Assembly: GCA_038087875.1 (NCBI GenBank) | Contig: JAXLNO010000111.1 | Location: forward strand, 1 to 64,000 | Direction of reading: 5' to 3' | From: Malacoraja senta | Taxonomy: Eukaryota | DNA: 64,000 bases | Shown here: positions 51,178 to 64,000 of the stretch, in pieces | Numbering within the stretch: position 1 is the stretch's first letter | Layout: each line of letters begins with the position of its first letter | Translations under genes and position numbers: made by a program | The notes under the pieces: generated by a model | What the model was told of the DNA's origin: nothing | The model's database searches: none | What the model saw: the letters and a program-made list of their open reading frames with translations, nothing else

Positions 51178-53208
51178 TAGTTTAGTTTTGAGATACAGCG
51201 CGGAAACAGGCTCTTTGGCCCACTGAGAGCGCGCCGACCAGCGATCCCCGCACACTAGCACCAGGGCCGGATTTAGATGAAGAGAGGCCCTAGGCTATTC
51301 CACTTGTGAGGCCCCTCCCAATCCCCCACCCCCACGATGAGAAGAAGATGGAAGAGTCCACCAGATTGACACCGATGTGCAGCCGAGCGTGGCTAATGAG
51401 ATAAGGGCTGGAAAGCTGCGCTTTTTATTTATTGCCAGTGCTAGTGTCGAGTTATCGGCTTAAAACCCTATTATTCTGAAATGGAGGGCAAGGAAAATTA
51501 CTGAAGTGTTGTTTAGACACTACAGTGCGTTGTGACAGCATATGTAAGAAAGGCCTATGACAGTGTCAAAAATATTATACATCAGGCCCGTACGAAGCTT
51601 TTCAAAAAGAGGGGTGGCATGGCAGGATTACAAAAATATTATATGAAATAAGTGCACGCAGCGCATATCACAAGCGCGAAGCTCAAAGACCCTTGCGGCC
51701 GGGGTCTAGGGCCCGCTTAAGAGCCCTGGAAACTCTGGGGTTTTAGATGCTCTCTGGTGCATTCTGAGCCTTATTTAGGAGCATTTTTGCACCAAATTTA
51801 TGACCAATATTTCAGAAATAATTTTGGTTGAGTCAAGAGTAATGAGTGGTTGGAATGGGATGATTGGGTTCATTGTTGTATACATTTTTTTATATCAAGA
51901 ATTGAAGCTGTCCTTGTTTTAATATTCAAGTTGTACTGTAAAATGTTATAAAGGAGCATGAAAACACTGCAAATAAAATACTGTAAGTTTTTGCAGTAAA
52001 TAAAAGCTTTTTTTTAGAAAATGTTTTGTGTGTTGATTTGATTGCTGTTACTGTTCGACTGTGTTAGTGTGTGCACATTAAAAATATGATGCAAAATGAA
52101 AGTCGCAAACTATGGAATACATATTTTTCAGTATTGTTATCAAGGAAAAGAAAGCAGTTCCAATTGTTTGATATTATTCATATGGAGGAGAAAATATAAT
52201 TGCTCTAAAACCTACCTTAATTTTGCAATCTCACTAAAGATAATCCCCCTTTCCCTCTCCCCCTCCTCCTTCCCCCTCCCTCTCCCTCCACCTCTCTCTC
52301 CCCCCACCTCTCTCTCCCCCTCCCCTCCCTCTCCCCCTCCCCTCCCTCTCTCTCCCCCCTCTGTCTCCACCCCCCCCTTCACCCCCCCTTTCACCCTCTC
52401 ACATCCCACCCTCTCTATCCCACCCTCCTCCTCTCTCTCCCTCCCTCCCCCTCCCACGCAGCGAGGAGTGCCCGTTTCTCCGCAGCCCCCCCCCCCCCCC
52501 GGCCCGGAGAAACGGGCACTCCAGCAACACAATATTCCACTACTTACCTGGAGTAGATAACTAGGATCTTTGGTAGACACGAGGCATCGAGGTGATTGTG
52601 TGGAGTGCAAATGAAGATCTGAACCCGCCCGGGACACTGCGCATGCGCGGATAGACAGCGTCATTTTGCGTCGCTACTGCGGCACCGGTTTCCCCCAACC
52701 GCGCAGGCGCGGATGGTCGCAATTTTTTTCCCCAAAACTTCCAGCGGGCTGGAACCAGAATTTTGGGTAATTTCCGTCAAAGTGAAAACGCTGATTGCGC
52801 TCCAAATTTTTTTTTCTCAGGATTTTTTTTACTCTGGGGAAAAAAACACCTTGGCCGGATGCCCCCTAGATTTTGAAGCCTATGAAGTCTATAGGCAAAT
52901 CCGGCCCTGCCAAGGCCCCCCTATATCTCGAGGCCCTAAGCTTAAGCTTGTGAAGCTTATACATAAATCCGGCCCTGACTAACACTATCCTACACACTAC
53001 GGACAATTTACAATTTTAACAAAGCCAATGAACCTACAAATCTGCACGTCTTTGGACTGTGGAAGGAAACTGGAGCACTCAGGGAAAATCCATGCAGGTT
53101 ACAGGGAGAACGTACAAATTCCATCCAGATAGCGCCCGTAGTCAGGATGGAACTCTGGTCTCTGGCGCTGAAAGGTAACAACTCTAGTGCTGTGCCACTG
53201 TGCTGCCC
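51178..53208 (-). mobile_element. HE1-like V-SINE split by a hAT element
   Basis: Tail at 51178-51261 and body at 52986-53208 are contiguous once the insert is removed. Confidence 0.85.
51262..52977. mobile_element. Non-autonomous hAT transposon
   Basis: TIR CAGGGCCGGATTTA / TAAATCCGGCCCTG. 8-bp TSD ACTAGCAC/ACTAACAC. Confidence 0.9.
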
Positions 53209-53894
53209 TTTTCTATTGTAGAGCAACCTTTCATGTGATGAAGTCATGTTCCAGTCTTTCTCACGCGATGGAATCTCTGCACAATATTTTCACTCGGGTA
53301 TAAGAGTGCAGCCATTGGGCTATGGGAGACCAAATAATGAACGTGGAGAATTTTATGTGAATGTTGTAAATTGCTTTAACTACCTAATTTCAAAGACAAA
53401 GCAAGATTATAAAGGAGCAAGATATTTTTAAATAATTGAATTGAAAATAACTAATTTTTTGGCAAAGGCTAATGTAGTGGTGCACATGTGGCATTAGATG
53501 TCTCTTGTCTTTGGGGGGATATGAGTAGTATCAATTATCCATCATCTTCTCATTTTTTTAATTTTCAAGCTATACTCCCACCATCCGCCTACACCAGGTG
53601 TGATTTATGGAAGCAAATTAACCTTGTTATCATCATCATGTCCTCGGGATGTGGGAGGAAACCGGAGTACTCTGGAGAAGCAAAGGCAATTACAGGAAGA
53701 TGGTGCAATCTGCATATTGACAGCATCATAGGTCGGGATTGAACCCAGGCTGCTGGAGCTGAGGTGGCTGCACCACCAACAATGTCACTGCTGGACGGAT
53801 TAGATATGAAGATATGAAGGTAGGTATGAAGATATACTCTATGCTGTATATTCACCTCAGGATCCTTGGACTTCAAAACACCCACTGGGTCAAT

Positions 53895-54360
53895 TAAGGT
53901 CATAAGGAATAGGAGTAGAAATAGGCCATTCGGCCCATCAAATCTACTCCACCATTCAATCATGGCTGATCTATCTCTCCCTCCGAACCCCATTCTCCTG
54001 CCTTCTCCCCATAACCTCTGACACCTGTACTAATCAAAAATCTATCTATCTCTGCCATAAAAATATCCACTGACTTGGCCTCCACAGCCTTCTGTGGCAA
54101 AGAATTCCACAGATTCACCACCGTCTGACTAAAAAAATTCCTCCTCATTTCCTTCCTCAAAGAACGTCCTTTAATTCTGCGGCTGTGACCTCTAGTCCTA
54201 GACTCTCCCACTAGTGGAAACATCCTCTCCACATCCACTCTATCCAAGCCTTTCACTATTCTGTGTGTTTCAATTAGGTCCCCCCTCATTCTTCTAAACT
54301 CCAGCGAGTACAGGCCCAGTGCCGACAAATGATCATCATAGGTTAACCTACTAATTCCTG
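53895..54360 (-). mobile_element. CR1 LINE 3' end
   Basis: LGLYSLEFRRMRGDLIE...VVNLWNSLPQKAVEA. Confidence 0.92.
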
Positions 54361-55896
54361 GTAGGTTTCATTTGCAGATTGAGACAGTTCTGCGCCTTTA
54401 CTGGGAATAGTCCATCTCTTTCCCATCTGCTTTCCACTCAAACGCAGATGCTGAAAAATAAATAATGGCACCTGCTTGGTTCTGTGCTTGGATACGTCTG
54501 CGACTGTTGCAAGACGAATCACCGGAGCAGTTTATGCTCCATTCTGTTCACCAAATTCTAGAATGTGGCACCTTCTACATCCATTGCCTGCCCGCTGCCC
54601 TTACATGTACCTCTGTCATTCAGCAGAGCAGCTGCCATGTTCCACATTCTAGCCACATACCAGCCAAAGATTCTGCTCAAATACCCACTGGCCGGCCTGC
54701 GCTGTGATGGGAGTATCCATAGTGAACTGCTATTCACCCACCCACCTCCATCTACCAACACTGAGAACAGTACAATGCTGGAGTAATTCAGCGGGTCAGG
54801 GAGCTTCTCTGGAGAACATGGATAGGTAACAATTTGTGTTGGGACCCTTCTTCGGACTGTGAATGCTCTTCTCACTTCAGTGTTTGCACATTGAAGCAGA
54901 GAAGTGGGAAATATGCTGGAGCTCAGGTTCTGGTGTACTAACCTCTATGACTACAGAACACACTGAAATGAGAGGCTTGATACATTTCTTTGCTTTACAG
55001 CCAGTTAAGTTTGTTTTAGTGTTAGTTAGTGTTTGGACACAGCAGCAAATTTCTACTTAGATCCATAAATAACAATTAAGTTACAAAGTGATAATTTGCT
55101 CTTATGATTTTGATTCACATTGTTCAGGATAATTAAATGATTTTTCCTGCACATGTTTGAAAGAATTCCATGAATGCAGAAGAATAACTCCATTCACTTG
55201 AATCCAGTTACTGACCTTCATTAAAAAAGTTCAGTTTAAGTTTTTTTTAGTTTTCACATTTCAATTTATATTTCAGTTTTTTTAAATTTAGATTATTCAA
55301 TGCAATTTTAAATTTACTTTAAAAGTGAAAGTGGAGAATATTAAATGTTATTTAATGATTATTATTGATACCCATTTAACTTGTCATACAGCATGGAAAT
55401 AGACCCTTTGGCCATATTTGGACATGCTGATCAGAGGTCTTTCCAAGCCAGTCCCATTTGACTACATTTGTTCAATAGCCCTCGAAACATTTCTGCCTAT
55501 GCTCTGTCCAAGTATCTTTCAAACATTGTAATTGTATCCGCCCACCTCTGTGCGGAAAAAGTTGCCCCTCAGGTCCCTTTTAAATATTTATCCTCTCACC
55601 TTCAATCTAAGTCCTCTAGTTTTAGACTCCCTTACCCTGGGAAAACGTCCATCTTATTTACTGTGACTGTCCATCTTATTTACACCCTCATGATTTTATA
55701 TACCTACCCCTCAGCCCCCTATGCTTTCGGGAGAAAAGTCCCAGCCAATCCAGTGTCTCTTTATAACTGAAGTTCTCCAATTCTCGTAACATTCTGGTGA
55801 ATTTATTCTGCACTCTTTCCAGCTTAATGACATCCTTCCTATGACTGGGCAACCTGGATTACAAACAATGCACTAATAGTGGTCTCATCATTAAAG

Positions 55897-56203
55897 GGTA
55901 GCACAGTGGTACTCTTGGTAGAGCTGTTGCCTCACAGCACTGGAGACCCGAGCTTGATCCTGACTATGGGTGCTGTCTGTATGGTGTTTGTACGTTCTTC
56001 CTGTGACCGCATGGGTTTTCTACGGGCTCTTCAGTTTCCTCCCACACTCCAAAGATGGACAGGTTTGTAGGTTAATTGGCTTTTGTACAATTATAAAATT
56101 GTCCCTGGTGTGTAGAATAGTGCTAGTGTACAGGATGATTGCTGGTCCGCGTGGACTCGGTAGGTCGAAGGTCCTGTTTCTGCTTTGTATCTCTAAGGTC
56201 TAA
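55897..56203 (+). mobile_element. HE1-like V-SINE
   Basis: tRNA-like head, V-domain and CR1-like tail. Confidence 0.85.
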
Positions 56204-56783
56204 AGTCTTTCATGTCAATATAGGTTTTGAAAATCTCGTTGTGCATGAAGCAATGGGAATTCTATCAATGAAGTTAGATATTTGTGTCCTGTATTTTAGT
56301 TCCATGTTCTATACATGTGTGATGCCTATACACATGAGACCACTAGCCCTGTCCACTGAGATCATCTAACATGCAATATATGTTTTATAAGAGTGTACAA
56401 ATGTGATGAGCTTCAACACTGATGCAGGCATTAAAGGGAGTGCTGAAGTTTGTTTAGAGGAGTCTCAAGTGGGTTCTGCCTCACAAAGTGCTTTTTCAAT
56501 CTTTGCTCTCACTCTCCATACCCATGATGACCCCAGGTCCCACATCATCTCCACACCTCTTTTTTGTTAACCTTTCCAATCAGCATTTCAATCCATCATG
56601 ATGTCCACCAACCCTTTCCCCATGACTTTTGCTCAACCTGATCCTTTTCCTTTGCCTTGATTACCTTCATGACACCTATTCCTCTGCTCCTTCCTAAATA
56701 CACTTCTGATCTGCAGGCCAAGTTGGTTTCCTCCATGTGCATTGATGAGGACTTGTCCAGCAAATGTCTTTATGTGAGCTTAA

Positions 56784-57958
56784 AGGGCCTGTCCCACTTA
56801 GGCGACATTTTGGGCGAGCGCAGGAGACTCTGCGCTCGCCACATGGTCGCCACATGTTCGCCACATGTTCGCTGGTGGTCTCTGGTGAGTCTCCTTCATG
56901 GTCGCGAGGAGTTCCCGCATTCTGGGAGCTAGTCATGGCCTCAGTATGGTCGCCACAAATTTTTCAACATGTTGAAAAATTTTCTGCGACCGAACATTGG
57001 TCGCCATGGAGAAAATCGATACTTTTGTAGTTGTAGGTGCAGTTGTAGTGGGGTCGCCATGTAGTTCTAGGTAGTCGAGCTAGTCGAAGGTGGTTTTAGT
57101 TAGTCGCCTTTGCTGACCGGGCATTTTCTTTTTTTTTCACTTTAGTCTTTATTGCTTTTATGCATACACAAATAAAACACAAATATAACAACGAAACGTA
57201 CAACACTGCTGTGAAACATACAACAGTGCGGGGGGTGGGGGGGTCAGTTCACAATTAATGATGCAGTATACAGAACTATTTTCTTATTAATACATTTTCC
57301 AATAACTTACATTATTGTCAATAAAATTATACAGTGTTGATGTCTTTATTTCTATACCTACTCCATTTCCCCAATGTTCTGTTAAACTCTTCTTCTTTCA
57401 CACTTAGAGAATATGCCATTTTTCCATCACATATATTTCCTGTACTATGTCTAACCATTGTCTAAGTCTGGGTGTGTCCGCTGCAAGCCAGTTTCTTGTG
57501 ATGGCATTTTCATTGGCTCATTGGGGGGAAAAAAGCGTAAGCACGAGTTTTCAGAACCAAGGAGAACCGACCGGTAATGTTAAATGCCCGCCAAACTGCA
57601 CAGCTGTGTATCTCTGGCTTATTAAAAGTTGTCTGGCTTCTTAAAAGTGTCTCCTCTCCTTCTCCCCCCTTCTCCCCCCTTCTCCCCTCCCTCCCCTCTT
57701 TTAAAGGACTTACCGTACACTGTGCTAGCCGTCTTAACCTTCCAGTTCATCGCGGTGTGTGTCTGTATCACCTTGGCTTTGCACCGTGTGAATTTCATAC
57801 AGCGCTCCCCCGCTTTCCCTGGCCCCCACTTTTGCGAAGTGTTTGTGTGTGTGTTCCACTCTGACACTCGCCGTTCCAGATCCCGGTTTTTCAGCGAGTG
57901 CCGCGAACTTGACAGGCGTGGCAGTCCTCTGAAAAATCGTCCAAGTGGGACAGGCCCT
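56784..57958. mobile_element. PIF/Harbinger-type MITE containing an L1 fragment
   Basis: TAA|AGGGCCTGTCCCACTT ... AAGTGGGACAGGCCCT|TAA. Confidence 0.88.
57129..57502 (-). mobile_element. 5'-truncated L1 (ORF2 C-terminus + poly-A)
   Basis: 9-bp TSD GGCATTTTC (57120-57128 / 57503-57511). Translates as ITRNWL...WLDIVQEIYVMEKMAY...GKW. Confidence 0.85.
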
Positions 57959-58106
57959 TAAGTGTACATGGCCTGTTCTATTTCAGATAATGCCCAATAC
58001 GTGTGTCACAACAGTGCAGTTTCAATGTATCTTTTCAGTACAAGCACAATTACTAATCAATTTTCTCTACATTAATCCTACCAAACCCCCTCTTTTTATG
58101 ATCTTA

Positions 58107-58288
58107 CTAGACCAAGGGCAGGCCCGTTGGGTCTGCTCCCGCAACGCACTCGTCCCCTACTCGTAAAATCTGTACCGGAATATGTAATTTTTTTTACCGT
58201 CAGCGGGTTGTTTTTTCGAGAATATGTGATTATACACACACAAACACACACATCCACATACAAGATCAGAGTTTTAATAGTTATATGA
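58107..58288 (-). mobile_element. Short non-autonomous Helitron (~180 bp)
   Basis: Minus-strand 5' end TCATATAACTATTAAAACTCTGATCTTG resembles the 33845 element. 3' hairpin GCAGACCCAACGGGCCTGC, then GGTCTAG|T. Confidence 0.8.
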
Positions 58289-58329
58289 TATGATATGATT
58301 AATCTGGGATGCTACTTTCAGTGATTTGT

Positions 58330-58985
58330 GTCTTTATATCCCAAGCCAATTGATTCTCAATCCCACTTTGATATTTTCCAATGAGCCATGGTTTCGTCAT
58401 TTTTTTCCCCACCAGGATAAACCGTTGCAATTAACTCCATTGCCAGAGTGAGGTCACATGCAAACTGGAACACCTCATATTCAGCTTGAGTAGCAATGCT
58501 ATGAACATTGAATTCTACATTTTCAAGTAATATCTTCCAACCTCAGTCTCTTTTCCCTGGCCCCACCCTGATGTGTACACATTTACCCCACTCTCTCCTT
58601 TCAACTATCACCCTGGTCCTTTTCCCTCCTCTGTAAGTTCATCTCCCATCCCAGTCCCATATTTCCCTTTTACCCCTCACCCCCCTCTTTCATCTTCCCC
58701 TGTCTGTCCCATTTCTTCCATATCTCCCCCTCTCACTTCACCTTCTTTCCTTATCTGACACCCTTTTTCTCTTTATCACTTCTAACCTATCTCCACCCAT
58801 CTGCCATTCCAACCCACCTAATTTGTGTCCATCTACCACTTGCCAGGCTTTGCCCCATCTCCACCTCGCTTTTTCAGCTTTCACCCCTTTACTACGACAG
58901 TTTGAAGAAGGTCTTGACCCCAAACATTGTCTGCCCATTCCCTCCACAGCTGACCCATTGAGTTCCTCCAGCTATTTGCTTTTTA
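58330..58985 (+). mobile_element. Penelope-like element 3' remnant
   Basis: ccagagtgaggtcacatgcaaactggaacacctcatattc...atgaacattgaattc, pyrimidine tract, tgaagaaggtcttgaccccaaac. Confidence 0.65.
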
Positions 58986-59685
58986 TTTTGTAATTAACTA
59001 TATTGAAATGTATTTCCAATTACATCCTCCATCTGAAAATGTATTAATGTCTTCTTGTATTTCTATTTATTTTCCATATGGAATGACAAATATAGACCTC
59101 AATTTAGGAGCACATTGAGATTTTTAAATTGTAAGCTAAACTTGAATGTTTTGGATTAGAGGTCAAATTGCATAAGATATGAAAGAGGGTTTAAACAGCT
59201 TCAAAAGAGGAGGGACAAGGAAAAGGGGACTTGGAAGAAGTGTTTTGACAATTTAAATGTTATAATTTGACTACCTGCCTTTGTTTAAAAAATATATATA
59301 TTTTGACACAAGCCTTGTGAAGTCAGTTTTTGAAAGGAGATACGATGGCTAAACTCGTAAGTGTGTGATAGTGTGTGGAGTTTGCGCATTCTCCCTGTGA
59401 CTGCATGGGTTATCTCTGGGTGTTCTCCCACATCCCAAAGACATGGGGGTTTGTAGGTTAATTGGCCTCTGCAAATAGCCTCTAGTGAGTAGGGAGTGAG
59501 TGGATGCGAAAGCGGGATAACACAAAACTAATGTCAACAGGTGATTGATGATCGGTGTGGACCTGCTGGGTTGAAGGGCCTGTTTCCATGCTGTATCTCT
59601 AAATAAGGTAAAATTAAGGACAAAGAGCACGAGTGCATCGTTTAGATCCAACAAGCTTACCCTGGGAAGTTTACCTCTTCCAGTA

Positions 59686-60007
59686 GGGCGGCACGGTGGT
59701 GCAGTGGTAGAGTTGCTGCTTTACTTCGCTTGCAGCGCTGGAGACCCGGGTTCGATCTCGACTACGGGTGCTGTCTGTACGGAGTTTGTACGTTCTCCCC
59801 GTGACCTGTGTGGGTTTTCTCCGAGATCTTCGGTTTCCTCGCACGCCCCAAAGACATACAGGTTTGTAGGTTAATTGGCTTGGTAAATGTACAAATTGTC
59901 CCTAGTGTGTGTAGGATAGTGTTAATGTGCGGTCGGCACGGACCCGGTGGGCTGACGGGCCTGTTTCCGCGCTGTATCTCTAAACTAAACTAAAAAACTA
60001 AAACTAA
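59686..60007 (+). mobile_element. HE1-like tRNA-derived V-SINE (near-complete); a second partial copy at 59355-59605
   Basis: A-box-like ggtggtgcagtgg, B-box ggttcgatc, V-domain, CR1-like tail gggcctgtttccgcgctgtatctc(taaac)n. Confidence 0.9.
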
Positions 60008-61666
60008 AGAATGGAACCAAACCAATTATTAGCCTCTGACTAAATAATAAGCCCTCACCATCCCCACTCCCCCAACTACTACCCCTAACCAACAAAAGCA
60101 TAGAAAGCCACCCCCACCCCCGTCAGGTCCCCAACTGGGTATTTAAGGATCTTCAAACCTTTGGCTCCTTAAAGTTAATCGCAGCAGTCTGAGGCATCAG
60201 CTGCGTTACCTCCTCACCCGTGAAGAGTGACTCATTCTGTTATTGCTTCTCAGACTCATAAACAACGTTCCACATGGCTTTGAACATAATCTGGTGGAGG
60301 CAGCCTGCCAAGCTGAGGATGGTATCATGCCTCTGAGATTTAAGGACTTTCTGTAAAACATGATGGTACAGGATGAACACTCTTACACTGAAATGGCACT
60401 TTGGGGTCATTGTGGAGGACAGCAACATTCTTGGCCCTCACTAAACTGCAAGTCTCTTCCACAGTAATTGTTTGGGCAATGATTGCATAAATTGATCGTG
60501 CATCCACAATTATAATTTTTGGTAGCCTTTAGTGCAATTACATGAACCATTTGAGGTGGCGGGGGTGGAAGTTGAGATCTGATGTTAAGATCAGTGCTTG
60601 GAAACTCATTTGGAACTTAAAACTTTCCTGTGCCACACATCCCACAGAATCATAGAGGAGGCCATTTGGCCCGTCATTCTTATGCTGGCTCTCCACCAGA
60701 ACAGGTGAAATTCAGTTGGTTTTTAACCAAGGCAAAAACCCTTAAACGCATAATCGTTCTCATTCTCCAGGTTTTCGAAGCAATTAACTTGAACACAGGT
60801 ACTGTAGTGACCATGTTTGTTCCTCTTTTTCAAACAAAACTCTTTTCAAAGCGCAGATAGACACAAAGTGATGGAGTAACTGAGCGGGTCAAGCGGCACA
60901 TCTGGGGAAAAAGGATGGGTGACGTTTCGAATCAGGACATTTCTAAACCAGCATCTGCAGTTCCTTTCTACACACTCTATACATAGGGAACTCTTTTGAA
61001 AGGAATTGCAGGAACAGAGGTGGGTCAGACCCAGCATCAGTGGCAACTTGCTGCACATTATGCTAGGGCTTTATTGATCTGCAGGAACATCAGAAGCCTA
61101 CCACCAGGGCCATTGCGAGCAGGTCTGCCATCTTTGGCGACATTTCAGGTCAAGACTATTGCTCTGATGCCTTAGGCAGTTTATGTATGGTGCATAATAT
61201 TTCATATCCATGTCATTCAGAGATGCCGCCTGACCTGATGAGTTACTCCACCATTTAAAGTTTTTTTTGCTCAAGATCCCAGCAACTGTGGTTTCTTGTT
61301 CCTGCTATCTTTGATTCTGTGAAAAGTGGTTCAGTGATTTTATCACACCAGTCACGATAAGTACACTGAGACTCCAGTCCAAATCCTCAAGTATGTTCCT
61401 CCCGTTCCTCCAATCAACCTATTTAAATACGCTTTACTCCATCATTCTTCTCACCATCTTGTCTCCCAGCTAGACACATCTCCATCTAGTTCCTCACAAT
61501 ACCATGAGGCCAACCACCATTGACATTTGTTCTTTGCCTGAGGTGATATAATTGCTCTTCATCGAGGACATATTTGAACAATATTCTCTAGTCGTTTCTT
61601 CAACAGGTACCTTTATTCTCACTCAAAGGTCTATCCGTTCCCTCTTTAAGGAGAGCACCGCACTGG

Positions 61667-62430
61667 ATTGAATAGAATGCCTTTTATTGTCATTCAAACA
61701 GACAAGGTTTGAACAAAATTTCATTCCTACAGTCTTGACATTACAAAAAAAAAAACAAGACACACATTTAACACAATTGACACAAACATCCATCACTGTG
61801 AATCTCCAACACCTCCTCACTGTGATGGAAGGCAAAAGTCTTATCTCTTCCCTTTGTTCTTCTCCAGTTGCCCCAACTGCAGCGTCGGGGCAACTGGGGC
61901 TCACGATGTTAAAGCCCCCGGCGGGCGATGGTAAGACCCGCAGCTGTTTAAGCCGCGCCGGGCGATGTTAGGCTCCGCTCCGGGTCATTTAAACCCCGCG
62001 ATTCCGGCGGGAAAGTTGCCGTTGCGGGAGCTCCGAAAAGCGGTCTCCCACCAGGGACCTGTGAGCTCCCGATGTTCCTGTCCATCGGGCCTGTGGCCGG
62101 AGCCTCCGAAGCTCCGAAGTCGGGTCGCAACCGCGCGCCACCACAGCTCTCCCCGGTCCAAAGTCGGCCAGGTCCGCAATGGCGAGTCTGCAGGCTCCGC
62201 GACTGGAGCCCTCAGGTTGGTTCCGGTTGGAGGCCGCCGCCGGCTCCACGATGTTAGAACCAACGACACCGGAGACCCGACAGGGAAAAAGTCGGGTCCC
62301 CGTACAGGGAAGAGATTAAAAAGTTCCCCCCCACATATACACTGCTAAAAAATAATAAAAACTATAATCAAAAACATACATTTAACGGGACAAAAATTAA
62401 AAAAAAAGACAGACGGACTGCAGTCGAGGC
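61667..62430 (-). mobile_element. Non-coding GC-rich retroposon with a LINE-type 3' stem-loop/AATAAA tail
   Basis: Shares gtc(c/t)gtctgtctttt and ccttccatcacagtgagga with the 63017-63645 element. Confidence 0.6.
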
Positions 62431-63016
62431 AGAGAGCTAGGGAAGGCATCCTTCAGTTATGACAACTTACACCTGCAGAAGAGTCAGCCATGAAAGAGGT
62501 AACTAGAGTATCTCAATGCAAGACTATCAGCAACGGTAAGACAGAAACCTCCCAGCTACTTTGAGACAGAATTACGCATGATCCAGCCACTAGAAAAGTG
62601 CACTCACTCAAGTAAACTTGAAGACAGTAGCAAGCGAGAAATTATTATGTGCATAATATTAAGCGTAAAACATGCCTACCTTGACAGTTCTAATTTAGGA
62701 GCAAATCTCCCTTAGGACATTTAACCTGACACCCAAGACTTATAACAGGATAATGACTGTACCTCAGAGTCATTGTCACATGCCTTATGCCAACCACGTA
62801 CCTACCCACACTTCAGTGGGCCCTTGGATTACCCATGTGTGATTTACGCATCACTCTGCAGTTTGCAGTCGGTGCTTCTGTCAGTGGACGGGATGGTTGG
62901 GGAAGAGTGCTTGACTTCTGGATGTCAGATATATGAACTGAAAAAGCCTGAATAAATCTGAGATCAATCTGGTCCTTGTTATAAGTATAAGGGGGTCATA
63001 AAAATATGGGGTAGGC

Positions 63017-63645
63017 GCCGTCAGCGATGGCAGCCTCGCCAACAGTCTGTCTGTCTTTTCGTCTTTTTTGTTATTTTTAGGGTGTTTTAAAAGTATGTGT
63101 GTAATGTTCTCTGGTTTGTTTTATGTGGGGGTTAGCAGGGGGGATCGGGGAAACTTTTTTCAATCTCTGACCTTGGATCGTATGTCCGGTCGCTCTGTGG
63201 CCTAACATCATGGAGCCGGCGGCCTTGCTCGAGACTGACGTTGAGCCCCCCGCGGGGCCGTGGACTTACCATCGGAGCCTGTGATCCCTTGCCTGGGATC
63301 GAAGCTCCAACCGCGGCCTGCGGACTTCAATGAGGAGCTCGCAGTCTCGGGTAGAGACTGATGTTGGGAAGCTCCAAGACCCAGGGATGCGGGAGCTTGA
63401 TCGCCCCGACAACGGAAGGTTGGAGTGCCCCGACCGCGGGAGAACAAAGAATGAAAGAAGAGTGAACTTTTTAACCTTCCATCACAGTGAGGAATGTGGG
63501 GGAGTTGCTGTGGTGGATGTTCATGTTAAAATTTTATTTTGGTGTCTTGTTGCTCTTTATTGGTATGCCTATATGGCAAATCAAATTCCTCGTATGTTTC
63601 AAAACATACTTGGCTAATAAAGTACTATTATAATTATGATTATGA
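63017..63645 (+). mobile_element. Related non-coding GC-rich retroposon inserted into a CR1 3' fragment
   Basis: Tail gtatgttt-ca-aaacatac stem-loop, AATAAA and (attatg)n. The flanks rejoin as CR1 ggggtaggc|atttaggactgag. Confidence 0.6.
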
Positions 63646-63905
63646 TTTAGGACTGAGATGTGGAAAAACTTTTTCACCCAGAGAGTTGTGAATCTGTGGA
63701 ATTCAGTGGAGGCAGTGGAAGCCAATTCACTGGATGTTTTCAAGAGGGTTAGATTTAGCTCTTAGGGCTAAAGGAATCAAGGGATATGGGGGAAAAGCAG
63801 GAACGGGATACTGATTTTAGATGATCAGCCATGATCATATTGAATGACAATGCTGGCTCAAAGGGCCGAATGGCCTACTCCTGCACCTATTTTTCTATGT
63901 TTCTA
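63646..63905 (+). mobile_element. CR1 LINE 3' end
   Basis: Near-identical to 11866-12124. Confidence 0.9.
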
Positions 63906-64000
63906 AAATAGCTGACTATGGTTGCATCCCGTGCATCCTCCTTCTCTTCCTCATCCACTGGAAAGTCTTAGTCTCCAACCATCCCACACTCATTCACTGA

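Noticed and set aside
52096..52664. Pro-rich and Gly/Glu-rich ORFs
   Set aside because: They are translations of a low-complexity C/T tract inside the hAT element.
59686..59765. tRNA gene
   Set aside because: The A/B-box head continues into the V-domain and LINE-like tail of a SINE. No complete cloverleaf is visible.

Overview
Repeat-dense vertebrate genomic DNA, most likely from an elasmobranch (skate/ray-like), inferred from the HE1-type V-SINEs and their CR1 partner LINE. It is not prokaryotic. Most of the window is transposon-derived. Large elements: a Ty3/Gypsy LTR retrotransposon (minus, 1-4419, runs off the left edge), a full-length but disabled L1-clade LINE (20163-26451) nested in a Tc1 transposon, and a young 5'-truncated CR1 (40258-43008). 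Smaller elements: Penelope remnants, two non-autonomous Helitrons, hAT, Harbinger and Tc1/pogo-type MITEs, Rex1 and L2 fragments, and many SINEs. The only host-gene signal I can support is a CpG-rich promoter-like patch near 10 kb, followed on the minus strand by a signal-peptide exon and a phase-compatible 50-nt exon. The most interesting signals are RNA structures. First, a ~140-bp TSD-flanked retroposon whose first 54 nt fold by eye as a minimal HDV-like self-cleaving ribozyme (46943-46996, minus). Second, more than ten Penelope-terminal repeats carrying a minimal hammerhead-like core. All calls were made by eye; no searches or folding programs were run.
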